A DNA stretch of 64,000 nucleotides from Paraspadella gotoi (GCA_051294375.1 CM119269.1:14457918-14521917), one strand, 5' to 3'; numbered from the stretch's first letter, positions 34,269-48,567 are shown. The notes: generated by a model from the sequence alone, not told the origin. Numbers and translations are program-made.

Positions 34269-37200
34269 GTGAGTAGCATGTTTTCTTATTGTGCGGGAGA
34301 AACTTGTATTCCTATCTTATGACTAAATTATAGGAAAGTGTTTTCCTAGATCGATTTACCTGGTAATCCTGTAAGGAATTTAGCACAACATCGTCTTTGA
34401 GACAATTAAAATAATTGTTATGCGTATTGTAATTTGTACTCAGCGTCATTTTTCACGACAGCTCTAACTGTTAAACTTTTCACCTTCGTCAGTTCACGAG
34501 TTATTCGTGGTTCGCCCCCGCTCTCCCCACCCCGCCTAAGCACTACCCGCCTCCCTCCACTGCGAGTCTCTCGCCCAAACTGGCTTCATCAAGGATTTCC
34601 AAGTCGCAAACGACGAAAGAGAACCTAGAGGAAAGAGAAAAGACAAAGAAGACGAAGACAAGAAGAAAGGACGAAAAAGAAAGGCGAAGAGGAAGAGGAA
34701 AGGCGAAGACGAAGACGAAAGAAAGGCGAAGACAAGAAGACGAGAAGAAAGACGAAGACAAAGAAAGCGAGAGGAAGAAGAAAGCAAGACAAAGAAGGCG
34801 AAGAGGAAGAAGAACGGCGAAGACGAAGAAAAAGAAAGACGAAGACGGAAGAGAAGAGACGAAGACAAAGAAAGGCGAAGATGAAGACGAAGACGAAGAA
34901 GAAAGGCGAGACAAATAAAGGCAAAGATGAAGACGAAGACGAAGACGAAGGCAAAGAAATGGCGAGAGGAAAGAGAAGGGCGAAGACTAATAAGAAGGAC
35001 GAAGTCGAAGACGAAGCGAAGAAGAAGAGGAAAAGAAGAAGACCACAGTGACAAAGGCGAGGACAAAGGCGAGGACAAAGGCAAATAAAAGATCTAACGA
35101 CGATGTTGCCCCGAAGACAATGATTGAAGATGAATACGAGAAGATGACGAAGATGAAGACAATAACGACGACAAATCGAGAAAGTAGAAAGAATAACGAG
35201 GAAGATCTAAAGACTTAAAACGATGACGACGACGGAAAAAAAAAAGAAGACGAAGACGACGGTTAAGACGATTACGAGAACGACGACGACGGAAATGGGA
35301 CGACGACGAGACGACGACGACGCGAAATGAGGACGACGACCCCCGACGATATAGAACCACGATGATTGACGTCAATCGAGATCACGTGATTTTTACGCCA
35401 ATCAATCGCCGTCAAAGCATCGTAATGCAAAGTGCCAGAGTGAATTTCGTCGACTGAAAATGAAAAAAAAAAATGTTGGAATCGAAAAAGGAATTTGAAG
35501 GAATTCTTCGGATGAGAAAAAACTGAAATAGAAAGGTTGAAGGCATGATGATGAATTCGGGGACGACGAGGCTTCAAGACGAATCGACGACGAGGATGAC
35601 GACGACGACGACAAGGATGATTGACGACGACGACAAAGGATGATGACGGACGAACAAGAACAAGATGACCACCAAGAGATCAAGACGAGAGACAGGATGA
35701 TGACTATTACGACAATGACAAAGAAGACTAGACGTTACAATAATGAGAATGATGATTAATGACATTTTCGAAGTAGAAGAAAACGAGGAAGATCGCGACG
35801 GTGATGAGCGACGACGACGACGACGACGACGATATGTATTGTGACAAAGAAGACGACGACGTACGAATGAAAAAGAAAGATTTTCTTTTTTTCCTTTTTT
35901 CACTTTTCTTTTCTTTCTTTCTTTTCTTCTTTTTCCGACTCAAAATAAAGTCTCTTCTTCGCCTTGGGGATTTTCTCTCTCGAATAACTTTTTTTCGAAG
36001 GGGCTTCTGTCGAAAGGTTGAGAGCGTGCTTGCCAAGCCGTGGGAATGGGAGGGCGTGCTTGCAAGCGCGCGATTACATAAGAGATCAATTCTGCAAAGC
36101 GCGGAAATGGGGATTGGTGGAAGTTGTTCGCGAGCGGTGAATGCAAAAGCGAATCCAGCAACCGGGTGATTGGGGAGGAGGCTGGCCCGCAGCAAGCGGA
36201 GCGAAAGACGTACGTAGAAATCATTGCGTGAGAAACGGAGCATGCGAAAGCGCGTTTGTCACGCGTGGGAAATGGAGCATGCGAGCGCGTTCGCGCGGGT
36301 GGACTGGGCGTTGTGCACGCGGGGGAAATGGAGCTTGCGAGCGCGTCCGAGCGTTCCAATTATTTTAAATTCTTCGTCGCGTTGATGAATTTCATCGCAA
36401 TCGGACGACAAACGATTCTTCGATTCGAGGCCGAGAAATTCGCATGTAGGCTGGTGTCGCGCGCACGTTGCGTTGCACGGCCCAACGACGCGTATGGGAT
36501 TCGGGTCAAATGCCTAAGTTGGCTAAGTTGGACTTCGAGCCAGAAAAAAGAAACAAAAAAATCGCGCTTTGAATCTTTCTTCCGCCGACTCTGTCTCTCT
36601 GTCTCCTCTCGCTCATCGTCTCTCTCTTTCTCTCTCAGAGTCAGACCTCGGAGCCGTGAGGTATTTACACGGCGACGACGCGAAGAGGTTTACGCACTCC
36701 CAAAACCAAAAAAAAAAAAACATCAGTAAATACGAGTTTTGTCTCGGGTTATTTTTTTGGGTCTTCGGGGGCTGGAACCGAGACCTTTTTAAACAATTGT
36801 TCGTCTTTGGGTCGCGTGCTTCATCTCCCCGTTACCTCCTTGTCTCGGTCACCGTTGCCGCGCGCCCCTAGCGTGCTTGAGTTTAAGCGTCCCAGTCTCT
36901 AGTGCTACTTGTTTTCGGTTCTTGATTGATTGCGATTTCTTTTACGCGGATTACGATATTAAAAACAAAAAAACTTACGAAAAGGAAAACTTACTTATTT
37001 TAAATATTATTAATTTTGTTTAGATTTTATTTCTATTTTTCATTACACCTTTTTTAATTATCCAAACCGAAAATGAATTTTAATTATAAAAAACTCAGTT
37101 TGTTTTCCCTCATGTTAATACTTTATACTCTTACAGCAAAGTAACATAAGCTTTCCCATTGACTTTTCCATACTTTGTTTCCGAGAGCCTTCCCTTTCAC

Positions 37201-38057
37201 TAACGTTTTTCCACTGGCCTCGTTCATGCTTTTCTTTTTTCCGTTCATCATGCTTTCACCGGTGTCTTTCCATGTTTTCCCTCAACTAATCATGCTATTC
37301 ACCGTGTCTTTTCCATGTTTTACATCCGCCAAATCAACATGCGTGTCTTTCCGAATGTTTTTCCTTTTCCGCTATCAAAGCTTCGCCGTGTCTTTCTTGC
37401 TTTTACGCACTGATATCAGGCTTTCACCGGTGTCTTTCCCATGACTTCTTTCCCTTATCCCTAATTCATGTCTTTCCCATGTCTTTCGCATGCCTTTCCC
37501 CTATTCCGCTAATCATTGCTTTCAGTGGTGCCTTTTTCCCTTTTTCTTCGGTCTGTCGACTGCGTTTCTCCGTCGCTCAAGCGAACGTCAGAAAATTAGG
37601 CAGCTGACTGCCGTTTCGCACTTTTTCTTTTTCTTTTTTTTCTTTATTCTTTTCTATGTTTATTTTTTTTGTTCTTTTTTTCCTCTTCTTTATCACCCTT
37701 TTTCCTTTTCCTGGTTCGGTTTAACATTTCTGGAATCTTTCCTCACTTTAGAAAAGCATTTGAATCCAGGTTTTTTTTAATGTTTGTTGCCCTGTGTTGA
37801 TTTTCACTCTATTTTCTATATGGTTTTTTCTTTCTTTATTCCTTCCCACCCCTCAAAATATTTAGTATTCAGCAATTTAAAATTCATAACACTTTTTCCT
37901 CCTGCCTTTTTTTTTTCTCTTCGACAAAGTTTTCTCTTTCTCTTAAATCTCCTGATTTTGATTCGAAACTCTGTATCCGTTTCCTCCTTTCTTTTCGATT
38001 TACAAATGTTTCCCCCGCCAAATCTCGCGACTATTCAATATGTCCTCCGTCCCTCTC

Positions 38058-38089
<32 letters not shown>

Positions 38090-39583
38090 TCTTCTCTTCT
38101 CTCTCTTCTCCTCTCCTCTCCTTCACCCCCTCCATTCCCCCCCCTCCCCCCCCTTCTCTCTCTCTCCCTCCCCATATTTTCCATCTCTCGCGTTTTGAGA
38201 GCCAAGCGCAGTCGGTGGCGGATGAAGTATTTGGCTTCCTGGCGATGAAAGTGAGGACCGGCCTGTCGACCCGACAACGAAGGAGGGGCGTGGCGCTTGC
38301 GATCGATATGAACCAGTGAATCGAGTTTGACGTGATTATTGGAGAGAATGCTTGCGAGACGCTTCAAAGTAATTAGTTTGAGTCCGTCGTGTGGGTAATG
38401 TTTGATGGCTGAAAAGGCTCAAGTGGGGTTAAGGTTTGCCGGTGCCGAGGAAAATTAATTGATTTAAGGGTTTCGAAATCGGTATTTTTGCCTAATTTAC
38501 GCGAACGCCGCCGTAGCTAAAATGCTTTGGGGACATAGATGCAGGAAAACGTTTCTAGTAATTTTATTCGTAATATTTACCCTAAGAATTTCTAGTAAAT
38601 TTACTATTCTTACTGTGTCTTTAAAATGCAATAATATTTAAACGAAATGGCATTAAATACTGTAAGATGCAAAAATAAATATAATTCAGCTTGAGTTGGA
38701 AACGATGAAGTTCGATGAGTCTGAGTGCGACAGGAAGACAATTAGGGTTAAAAGGAGTTAAAGATAAGAAGTGGTTAAGAGAAGAAAAAAAGGATGCCTC
38801 GAGGTCTTCAACAGACATTCAAAGCTCCGAAGGTAAGGGCGAAAGGTGAGGCAGAGTCGACTGGTTAAGGAACCGAACGCGATCCGCGAAACCCAGCCGG
38901 CGGTTAAGTAAAAGGAGAAAAGGATGAAAAGAAATTAAAGGGAAAAAATAAAGAAAAGACAATAAAAGAAACAATGTCTCTCAGTGCGCCAACGATTTTT
39001 CCTAGTAAACAATCCGATAAGTTAAGTAATATTAATATACAGACTATTCTTAGCTAATCTCTTGTTTTCATGTTCGTTGAGGAAAATTGAATCAGGCAGC
39101 AAATGTAAATTAACAATTATCTGCAAATTTTTTTTTTCCGTAGAAAAATTTAACAATCTTTATAGTTTCAAACACTTGGCTTTACCACGTCATCTACAAT
39201 AAGTTAACTCATTGAGACTTAGACAGAACCCTACCCATCCTCAACTGTCACAGAACCTTACCCAATGCTCACTCTCGCCATTCCTTTCAAGAAAGTCAGT
39301 CACACTTTTCCTCGCCCCCGCGTCAACGCCCGCGTCACGCCACCTGAAGAACAATACTGACCGCTGCATGCGACATCTGACGTCGATGTTCGTCATCGTC
39401 GTTGACGTCGCCCCCCCCCCACCCCCCCCCCCACGGACCGCTCGCGTGCTTGTCGTCGTTGTTGTAATCGAATGAAAAAACAAAAGGCTTCTTCCAAGGA
39501 TTCGTTGGGGAGCGGGGCGAGGAAGATTCGGATTTCTTCGATATTTTCTCTCTCTTTCTCGCTCTGTCTCTCTCTCTCTCTCT

Positions 39584-39632
<49 letters not shown>

Positions 39633-40235
39633 CTCTCTCTTCCTCTCTCTCTCTCTCTTCTCTCGCTCTTTTACTCTCGGCGTACAGTAGGAGGTTTATC
39701 CCTTCTTTCTCCAGGGGCGCAGTTTATGGTTTTGTGGCTTTTGTTTTTTTCTTTCTTGGTCGAAACGCGAGAGAGGAAAGAAGGGGAGAGAGAGAGAGAG
39801 ACAGAGAGAGAGAGACGAGAGAGACGAGAGAGAGAGAGAAGAGAGAGGAGAGAGAGAGAGAGAGAGAGACGGTCCCTCCGTAGCTTAACACGTGTTTGTT
39901 CAAGTTGATGGCGGCAATTTTTCTCACGCTGCCTTTCGTCTTTCTTTCTTTCTTCTCTCCTCGTTTTTTTTCTTCTCTCTCTCTCTCTCTCTCTCTCTCC
40001 TTTCACTCCTCTTCGTCTCTGTCCTCTGTCTCTCTCTTTTATTTCTTCCCTCCTTTCCCTCTCAGAGGGACGTAATAAAAACTGCCGTATGTCCACGAGT
40101 GTCTGCAGAGAAAAAGAAAAGAAGAGGAAGAATGAGCGAAGGAGGAGGGCGAGGAAGAAGATTACCGAGAAGGAGTGAAGGAGAGAGAGAAGAGAGATGG
40201 ACGAGAGAGAGAGGAGAGAGAGAAGAGAGAGAGAG

Positions 40236-40259
<24 letters not shown>

Positions 40260-40274
<15 letters not shown>

Positions 40275-41548
40275 TGGAAAGATGCGTAGAGATTAAACGT
40301 AGAATGAGGGAATAAACAGGAAACAAAGGAGCAGAAAAAAAAAAGAACAAGAGAAGAAAAAAAAGAGAAAACTACTGGAGATGGAGTCGTTGAGAAATAA
40401 ATGGAGGAAGAGGGAGAAGGAGAGGGAGAACGAGACGGAGAATGAGAGAGAGAATGAGAGGGAGAGGGAGAGGGAAAGAATTATGAGGGGAGGGGAGAGA
40501 AGTATGGAAAGGATTAGAAGAGAGGATTTAAAGAGAGGGACGAGTCGAGAAAGGGAGAGGAAAAGCCAGGGAAGTTGGGGTCATAAGCGGTCGAAACTCC
40601 CCGCAAATCCGCCGGTAATTCTCGACCCGGATGTGAGGGAATCATCCATGAAATCCGAACACATCCGGGCAGTACATGAACTTTATGAAGCTTTTCTTTT
40701 TCAATTCGTACGATATTTAAATTTTACAATATTTAAATTTCTAAATTTTATATTTAATTTTTTTTTAACCTCATTCGGAGTCTATATTTAATGAATTGTT
40801 ATTTATTCTTCCGCTTAAGAACGTCCCTCGACTAAAATTACTTAAACCAAAACATTGTAATTGTTTTGGGAATTTCTTTCTTTTTCCTTTCTTTTTCCTT
40901 TTTTTTTCTTTTCCTTTATTTTTCATTTTTTCCTCTGAGTCGAACGATAGCAAGAACATTTACCCGCGCGTCGGTTATTCCGACCGAAGACAAAGTACAG
41001 TGGGAAAGCGTTGGACGAGAACGGAGGACAGAGAGAGAGACGCCTTTGATAGAGACAGAGTCGGAGATGGAAGATGAAAGATCCATGATGGGAGATATCA
41101 GAAGGGAGATAGGGGATAAAGTTGGAGATGGGAGATGAAAGATNNNNNNNNNNNNNNNNNNNNNNNNNCAGAAGCAGAGACGAAGAGGAGTGAAAAGGGA
41201 GAGAGGAGAGAGAGAGAGAGAAGAAAGAGGAGAGAAGAACGCCGAAGACGAAGCGAAGCGATGTTAGTAAATCAAGTTGGGCCATGCAACTTAACAACCG
41301 TGTCTACGCTTACGGGGACTTCTTCTCTCTCTCTCTCTTTCTTCCTCTCTCTTCTCTCTCTCTCTCTCTCTCTCTCCGTCTCTCTCTCTCTCTCTCTCTC
41401 TCTTCCTCTCCTCTTCGCTTCTCGACCGTAAAGAAAACTTAGCCGTTATGTCAACCCGAGTTAACTGCAGACCGAAGAAAAGAAGAGGAAAACTCCACTG
41501 TACGCGAGAGAGCCGAGGAGAAAGAAACCGAGAAGAGGAAGGAGAGAG

Positions 41549-41638
<90 letters not shown>

Positions 41639-42500
41639 AAGAGTGGAAAGATGGTAGAGATTAAACGTAGAATGAGGGAATAACAGGAAACAAAGGAGCA
41701 GAAAAAAAAAAAAGAACAAGAGAAGAAAAAAGAGAAACTACTGGAGATGGAGTCGTTGAGAAATAAATAGAGGAAGACGAGAAGGAGAGGGAGAACGAGA
41801 CGGAGAAATGAAGAGAGAGAATGAGAGGGAGAGGAGAGAGGAAAGAATTATGAGGGGAGGGGAGAGAAAGTATGGAAGGATTAGAAGAGAGGATTTAAGA
41901 GAGGGACGAGTCGAGAAAGGGAGAAGGAAAAGCCAGGGAAGTTGGGTCATAAACGGTTCGAAACTCCCGCCAAATCCGCCGGTAATTCTCGAGCGGATGT
42001 GAGGGAATCATCCATGAAATCCGAACACATCCGGCAGTACATGAACTTTATGAAGCTTTTCTTTTTCAATTCTACGATATTTAAATTTTACAAATATTTA
42101 AATTTCTAAATTTTATATTTAATTTTTTTTTAACCTCATTCGGATCTATATTAATGAATTGTTATTTATTCTTCCGCTTAAGAACGTCCCTCGACTAAAA
42201 TTACTTAAACCAAAACATTGTAATTGTTTTGGGAATTTCTTTCTTTTTCCTTTCTTTTCCTTTTTTTTTCTTTTCCTTTATTTTCATTTTTCCTCTGGTC
42301 GAACGATAGCAAAAACATTTACCCGCGCGTCGGTTATTCGCGACCGAAGACAAAGTACAGTGGGAAAGCGTTGGACGAGAACGAGGACAGAGAGAGAGAC
42401 GCCTTTGATAGAGACAGAGTCGGAGATGGAAGATGAAAGATCCATGATGGGAGATATCAGAAGGGAGATAGGGATAAAGTTGGAGATGGGAGATGAAAGA
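40260..42500 (+). repeat. Direct duplication of ~0.9 kb: ~40260-41143 and ~41630-42500
   Basis: gagtggaaagatg(c)gtagagattaaacgtagaatgaggg occurs at 40272 and 41641. A 25-N gap lies at 41144-41168. Confidence 0.9.
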
Positions 42501-43640
42501 TCCATGATGGGTTTATCAGATGGGAGATAGGGGAAAAGTTGGAGAGGAGATGAAAGATCCATGATGGGAGATATCAGATGGGAGATAAGGGATAAAGTTG
42601 GAGATGGGAGATGAAAATCCATGATGGGAGATATCAATGGGTGATAGGGGATAAAGTTGGAGAATGAGGAGATGAAAGATCCATGATGGGGAGATATCAG
42701 ATGGGAGATAGGGGATAAAGTTGGAGATGGGAGATGAAAAATCCATGATGGGTGATATCAGATGGGAGATAGGGGATAAAGTTGGAGATGGGAGATGAAA
42801 AATCCATGATGGGAGATATCAGATGGGAGATAGGGGATAAAGTTGGAGATAGAGATGAAAGATCCATGATGGGAGATATCAATGGGAGATAGGGGTATAA
42901 AGTGTGAGATTGGAGATGAAAGAATCCATGATGGGAGATATCAGATGGGAGATAGGGATAAAGTTGGAGATGGAGAGATGAAAGATCCATGATGGGAGAT
43001 ATCAGATGGGAGATAGGGGATAAAGTGGAGATGGGAATGAAAGAATCCATGATGGGAATATTCAGATGGGAGATAGGAAATAAGGTTGGAAGATGGAGAT
43101 GAAAGATCCAATGATGGGAGGATATATCAGATGGCAGATAGGATAAAGGTTTGGAGATGGAGAGATGAAAAATCCATGATGGAGAATATCATGATGGGAG
43201 AATAGGCGGTAAAAGGTGAGATGGAGATGAAAAATCCATGATGGAGACATCAGATGGGAGGATAGTTAAGGGAGATGAACAACGGATATGAGAGATAAGG
43301 GATATAGATCAGAAAAAATCCATGATGGGAGATATCAGATGGACAAGATAGGGGATAAAGTGGAGATGGGGAGATGAAAAATCTAATGATGGGAGATATC
43401 AGATCGAGTATTATAAAGAGAAATCGAGGGAGATATGGGAAATAGGATAAAGTTGGAGATGGAGATGAAAAATCCATGATGAGGAGATATCAGATGGAGA
43501 TAGGAATTAAAGTTGGAGATGGGAGATGAAAAATCCATGGATGGGAGATATCAGATGGGAGATAGGGGATAAAGTTGAGATGGGAGATGAAAAATCCATG
43601 TGGGATGATATCAGATGGGAGATAGGGGATAAAGGTGGAG
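42420..43640 (+). repeat. 61-bp minisatellite, about 20 copies
   Basis: Unit gttggagatgggagatgaaa(a/g)atccatgatgggagatatcagatgggagataggggataaa, head-to-tail with no spacers. It becomes noisier toward the 3' end. Confidence 0.95.
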
Positions 43641-43964
43641 AGGAGACATGGGAGTTTGGAGATGGATAGATGGGATATGTGAGTTATGTGATCGGTTATG
43701 ATAGATTAGAGATTCAAGATATGGGATGGGAGAGAGAAGGGCGCACGTGAGTAGGATTAAAGATGGATATTGGATAAATCTTATGGGAATAAGGACATGA
43801 TGATGATGATGCAAAATTTTTAAAAAAAAGGTTTTAACAAAGAAAAAGTTTTAAATGGAAAACTTATTAAATAAGATGACAATTACATGTATTAAAACAA
43901 TGGGGCGCCAGTCGAAGAAGTGGAAAAAAGTAGGATCGGAAAAGAAAACTTGAGCAACTAAGGG

Positions 43965-44021
<57 letters not shown>

Positions 44022-45810
44022 TTGGAAGTGGGAAGGGGGAAAAAACGATTAGCGAAAGAAAATAAAAGAGGAGAGAAAAAAGAAAGAAAGAAAAAAAATG
44101 ATGGCTGTGTTTACAGGCGAACAAATTAGGTTTGCCAACGTGATGGTCTTTTAAAACACCCGAGGTTGCCGATGAATATTTTTCGAATCCGAGAGAAAAC
44201 GAGGATCTGGCAGCCGGACGAAATCCGGTCGCTGGAAGAGGATGGGGTGACCGGATGGAAGTGGATAGAAATGGGAGTGGATAGGAAAAAGGGTAGCGAG
44301 ATAGATTTAAATAAAAGAGGGCTGGCCGGATGAAAGGATAGAGAAAGCGTTAGCAGGATAGAAAAGGAGCGTAAGATTAGCTAATTGCGAGAAAGAGAAT
44401 AATATTAAAATAATATTAATGACTTTCTAACCGGAATGATGTGTGATATCTATTAGAAAACTAGGACAGATTGTAATCTAACCTTGTGTTGTATAGATGC
44501 TCCCTCTATTTCCAGGAGACAACACTGACTTCCCATTCCCAAAATGAGTGATTAGATATAAAGATTAGTAAAAATTTTTAAGAAAGCAATATATAATATA
44601 TAAAAATAGAAAATAGTGAAACAAGGAATTTGCAAATTTTCATTACAAATGGATTCTTTGTTTTAATCTGGCCAAATAATTTCGATTCGGAATCATAAGT
44701 AAAGAGACAATTTATTGAAGCAAGAACCGGGCCTCATGAAATTACACATTGGACATTGTACAATATAGACTCTACTGCACCAAAGGTTTTTTTTCTGATG
44801 TGTTCCGTCGGGACACAATGCGGCCATTGGTGAGATTGTGGCAACAACGTGTGACAGAACAATTGTGCGCCGTTAGGAAATTGTGGCGGGGGACGACTAA
44901 GAAGAGAGATGCGAGCGATCGGACCGACGGCAGGTGACAGACAAGAAATCGGGCCGAGGCGGGTGTATGGAGCGCGACGAGGAAAAAAGAAAGTAGAGAG
45001 AGGGAGAGAGAGAGAGAGAGAGAGAGAAAAGAAAAGATTCATTCAAGAACCTAATCTAATTCTGCGGAAAATTGGAAAATAGTGCTTTGTTCACTTGTTC
45101 GTTTCTTCGACTTGATTAGCGACGAAATCGACGATTGCGACGCGGAGCGGACGAGAAAATAAAAGGATCTTAAAGAGGCTTTAGTCGCTGCCCCGCTTCA
45201 TTTAAGACAAATAATTGAAAAGGGGCTTGAGTCGCTCTATCGCTTTATTTGAGGCGGGGATTTCGAAAAGACTTTTCTTTACTATTTCACTTGACAGTTA
45301 AGACAATGGACTTTTTTAAAAGAAGCTTTTAGTAATATTATCCTTCGTTTGAAAATGTTTGTATCGTTTAAATAATTATTTAAAAAGTTATTTTTCTAAA
45401 GGGTCAAAAAAAGCAAGATGATCTCAATATCTAAAAATTTAACGAATTCCACCATTTATATAAAGCCTTACCCATTTACCCACTTTTTCTTTTCTTACGT
45501 AGAGAAATTGTCTTTCCATTTGTTCTCTTTATTGTCTCCATCAATTATTGTCTTTCTCTTCTTCTCTCTGTCATTTCCTTCACTATCACCGAGCCGATTG
45601 CTCACGACTCTGTCAGTTCACATCTTTATCATTGAAGAGATGACACTCAACTCTGTCAGTTTCCTTCCGATTGTTAGTACGCATTTTTATCATAAACTAG
45701 TTCCAAATATAACTCGGTCATTTTGCTTCCTTATCGGAAAAGATAATGTAACTATTATCTAGAAATAGAATTGAGTTACAATGGAAACGTAATAAAATAA
45801 AAAATGACTC

Positions 45811-45975
45811 TATGAAATTGGTACAACCAATATAAAAATTATCCATTCATTTAATAAATAAGCTATCTTGCCCCTGACTTTGGACAGGCTTTGGTGGTTT
45901 AAGGCCTCCATCACTCTTACAAGATAATTACATAGCAGGTCCCTGCAAGCTTTCAATCAAGACTCTCTCACAGTC
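45811..45975 (+). repeat. Dispersed short repeat family, copy A
   Basis: tatgaaattggtacaaccaatataaaaattat...taataaataagctatcttgcccctgactttggacaggct; recurs at 46822, 59165 (rc) and 14237 (rc). Confidence 0.85.
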
Positions 45976-46821
45976 CCGTTTATTCACTATATATAACAAT
46001 ATAACAATATAACAATATAACAATATAACTATATATAACAATATAAATACGTAGAAATCGAACTGAGTTAAAATAGAAAAAGAATAGAAATAGAACGGAA
46101 ATGTACGCAGTATTTAAATAGAATAGAAATACAGAATGGAAAATAAAAATTTGCCGTTTGGGCAGAAAAGGAGAGAAAAGGTGCCAGAAAAGTAGCGTCA
46201 TAAAAAATCTTTAGAGAAGGTGAAATTAAAGAGAGAGAGAGAGAGNNNNNNNNNNNNNNNNNNNNNNNNNNNNNNNNNNNNNNNNNNNNNNNNNNNNNNN
46301 NNNNNNNNNNNNNNNNNNNNNNNNNNNNNNNNNNNNNNNNNNNNNNNNNNNNNNNNNNNNNNNNNNNNNNNNNNNNNNNNNNNNNNNNNNNNNNNNNNNN
46401 NNNNNNNNNNNNNNNNNNNNNNNNNNNNNNNNNNNNNNNNNNNNNNNNNNNNNNNNNNNNNNNNNNNNNNNNNNNNNNNNNNNNNNNNNNNNNNNNNNNN
46501 NNNNNNNNNNNNNNNNNNNNNNNNNNNNNNNNNNNNNNNNNNNNNNNNNNNNNNNNNNNNNNNAGAGAGAGAGAGACCAATGATTGAAGGCACATTTCTC
46601 CGTTGAAATTAGGAAGAGATTATAGCAAAGGTTAGATCCGCCCATTTCTTTGGGGAAATTGTTTCCGGGAATTCTGCCGCCGGAAATTTTGGACAGAAAA
46701 TCCGGGGATTTTTTATCAGACTTTGGGTTCGCAATCTGTTATTTCGAAGCTTTTTTTTCTATGGGAGGAAGGGATTTCAATTTGTAATATGTCGAGTGGG
46801 AAAACGAAAATCTTATCGAGT

Positions 46822-46929
46822 TATGAAATTGGTACAACCTATATAAAAATTATCATTTCATTTAATAAATAAGCTATCCTCCCACTGACTTTTTTAACTG
46901 GCTATGGTTTAAGGCCTCTTACAAGATAA
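46822..46929 (+). repeat. Dispersed short repeat family, copy B
   Basis: tatgaaattggtacaacctatataaaaattatcatttcatttaataaataagctatc...ggctatggtttaaggcctcttacaagataa. Confidence 0.85.
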
Positions 46930-48567
46930 TGACAAAGCTTGTCACTCTTTTCGTTGCCAGCGATTTTTATCAACTTTTTTGTTGTTGTAGTCGTCGTCGT
47001 CGTCGTCCTCGTCGTCGTCGTCGTCCTCGTTATTTGTCTTTAAACATCCTGACAGGGAGGCGAAAGTTAACCTTTGACCCATATTTTCCTTTTTTCCATT
47101 ATTTTCTTTTTCCCCCCTCTCTCTCTCTCTCTCTCTCNNNNNNNNNNNNNNNNNNNNNNNNNNNNNNNNNNNNNNNNNNNNNNNNNNNNNNNNNNNNNNN
47201 NNNNNNNNNNNNNNNNNNNNNNNNNNNNNNNNNNNNNNNNNNNNNNNNNNNNNNNNNNNNNNNNNNNNNNNNNNNNNNNNNNNNNNNNNNNNNNNNNNNN
47301 NNNNNNCTCGTGGCGAGCGGGAGAGAGAGAGAGTCGAGAGAGGACTTTAGATGAGACGCGCGTCTTGAGGGGTGGCGCCCAGGGGGAGTGGGTACTGGGT
47401 AGGGTAAGGCGAGCGTAAGCGTGAGCGTGAGATTAAGTAAAGTGATGTTTGACGAGGAATGTGAAGTCCGATAAGGCGAGAATAAGCAGATTGCATGAGT
47501 CACGTGAAATATAGCATGTCGACATTTCGTAGATGACTATGATAAAGCGAGATGAGGTGATGGAAGGTAAGTAAAAGGTGAGACTCTCGAGGCGGAAAAT
47601 CGTGCGACGTCTTGTAAGAAGAATGAGCTGGACGGAAATGAGGTGGAGATTTTATGAGGCGATGTCTCTCGTTAGAGACTCTGTATTAGCATCAAATTTA
47701 TGCGCCATAGTCAATGGTGGTTTGTCTTCAAACTAAGAGAGANNNNNNNNNNNNNNNNNNNNNNNNNNNNNNNNNNNNNNNNNNNNNNNNNNNNNNNNNN
47801 NNNNNNNNNNNNNNNNNNNNNNNNNNNNNNNNNNNNNNNNNNNNNNNNNNNNNNNNNNNNNNNNNNNNNNNNNNNNNNNNNNNNNNNNNNNNACGGGTCA
47901 TTAATCGCCGTCATCGAAATGGTCTTCCAGCCAGGATTGTGGACCTGGGATCCCGTCGCCAAAGCCTCAAGAGCTTTTTTTTTCATGGAACCCTAAGTGA
48001 AAAAAATGAATATTTCATGAAAGCTTCTTTTCTTTTTTTTTTCTTTTTTTTTCTTTTTTTTTAACTCCTCATTCAAATTAGCATTTTTTTAGGCTTGGGA
48101 GGTTTTTTTTTAATTTTGTGTACCACATATTTGGGTCGAACCATATATAAGTCCTAAATTTTTTTGTTTTATGTCTCACAGATGACTAAAATATAAAGAA
48201 GATATGTAATTGTAAAATTGATAAATGAAAATTTTGTATAACCTGGAAAAAAAGTTCAATTATGTATATTTAATTCATTTAAAAAGACCTTCTCTGAAAA
48301 AAGCGAGGAAATTTAAAAAAAAAGAAGGTAAAACGAAATTTAAAACATACCCCCCCAAAAAAAGTAAGTTAAGGAAAATAAAGAAAATGGAAGGTCAGAT
48401 TCGATCGGAAAAAGGAGAGAAAAAAAAATTCCAATTTAGCTTTTGCATTTTTTCTTCCCTCATCGACTTCGTCTGATCATAAGTAAATTCGATGGAAGCG
48501 GAAAAAAGAAAACCTCTCTCGTGGGAACTCGGGACAAAGTCGAAGACAAATTGGAATTCGGGACAAA

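Larger units (their letters stand above)
25170..40130 (+). repeat. Direct tandem duplication of ~7.4 kb: 25170-32568 and 32594-~40130
   Basis: Both copies start aaaatcccatcagccgtaaatttacttggattcc and end ...gtgtctgcagagaaaa(a)gaaaagaaga. They are separated by a 25-N gap, and the second copy is insertion-rich. Confidence 0.95.

Noticed and set aside
42420-43640. CRISPR-like array
   Set aside because: Units are head-to-tail with no unique spacers, there are no cas genes, and the context is eukaryotic.
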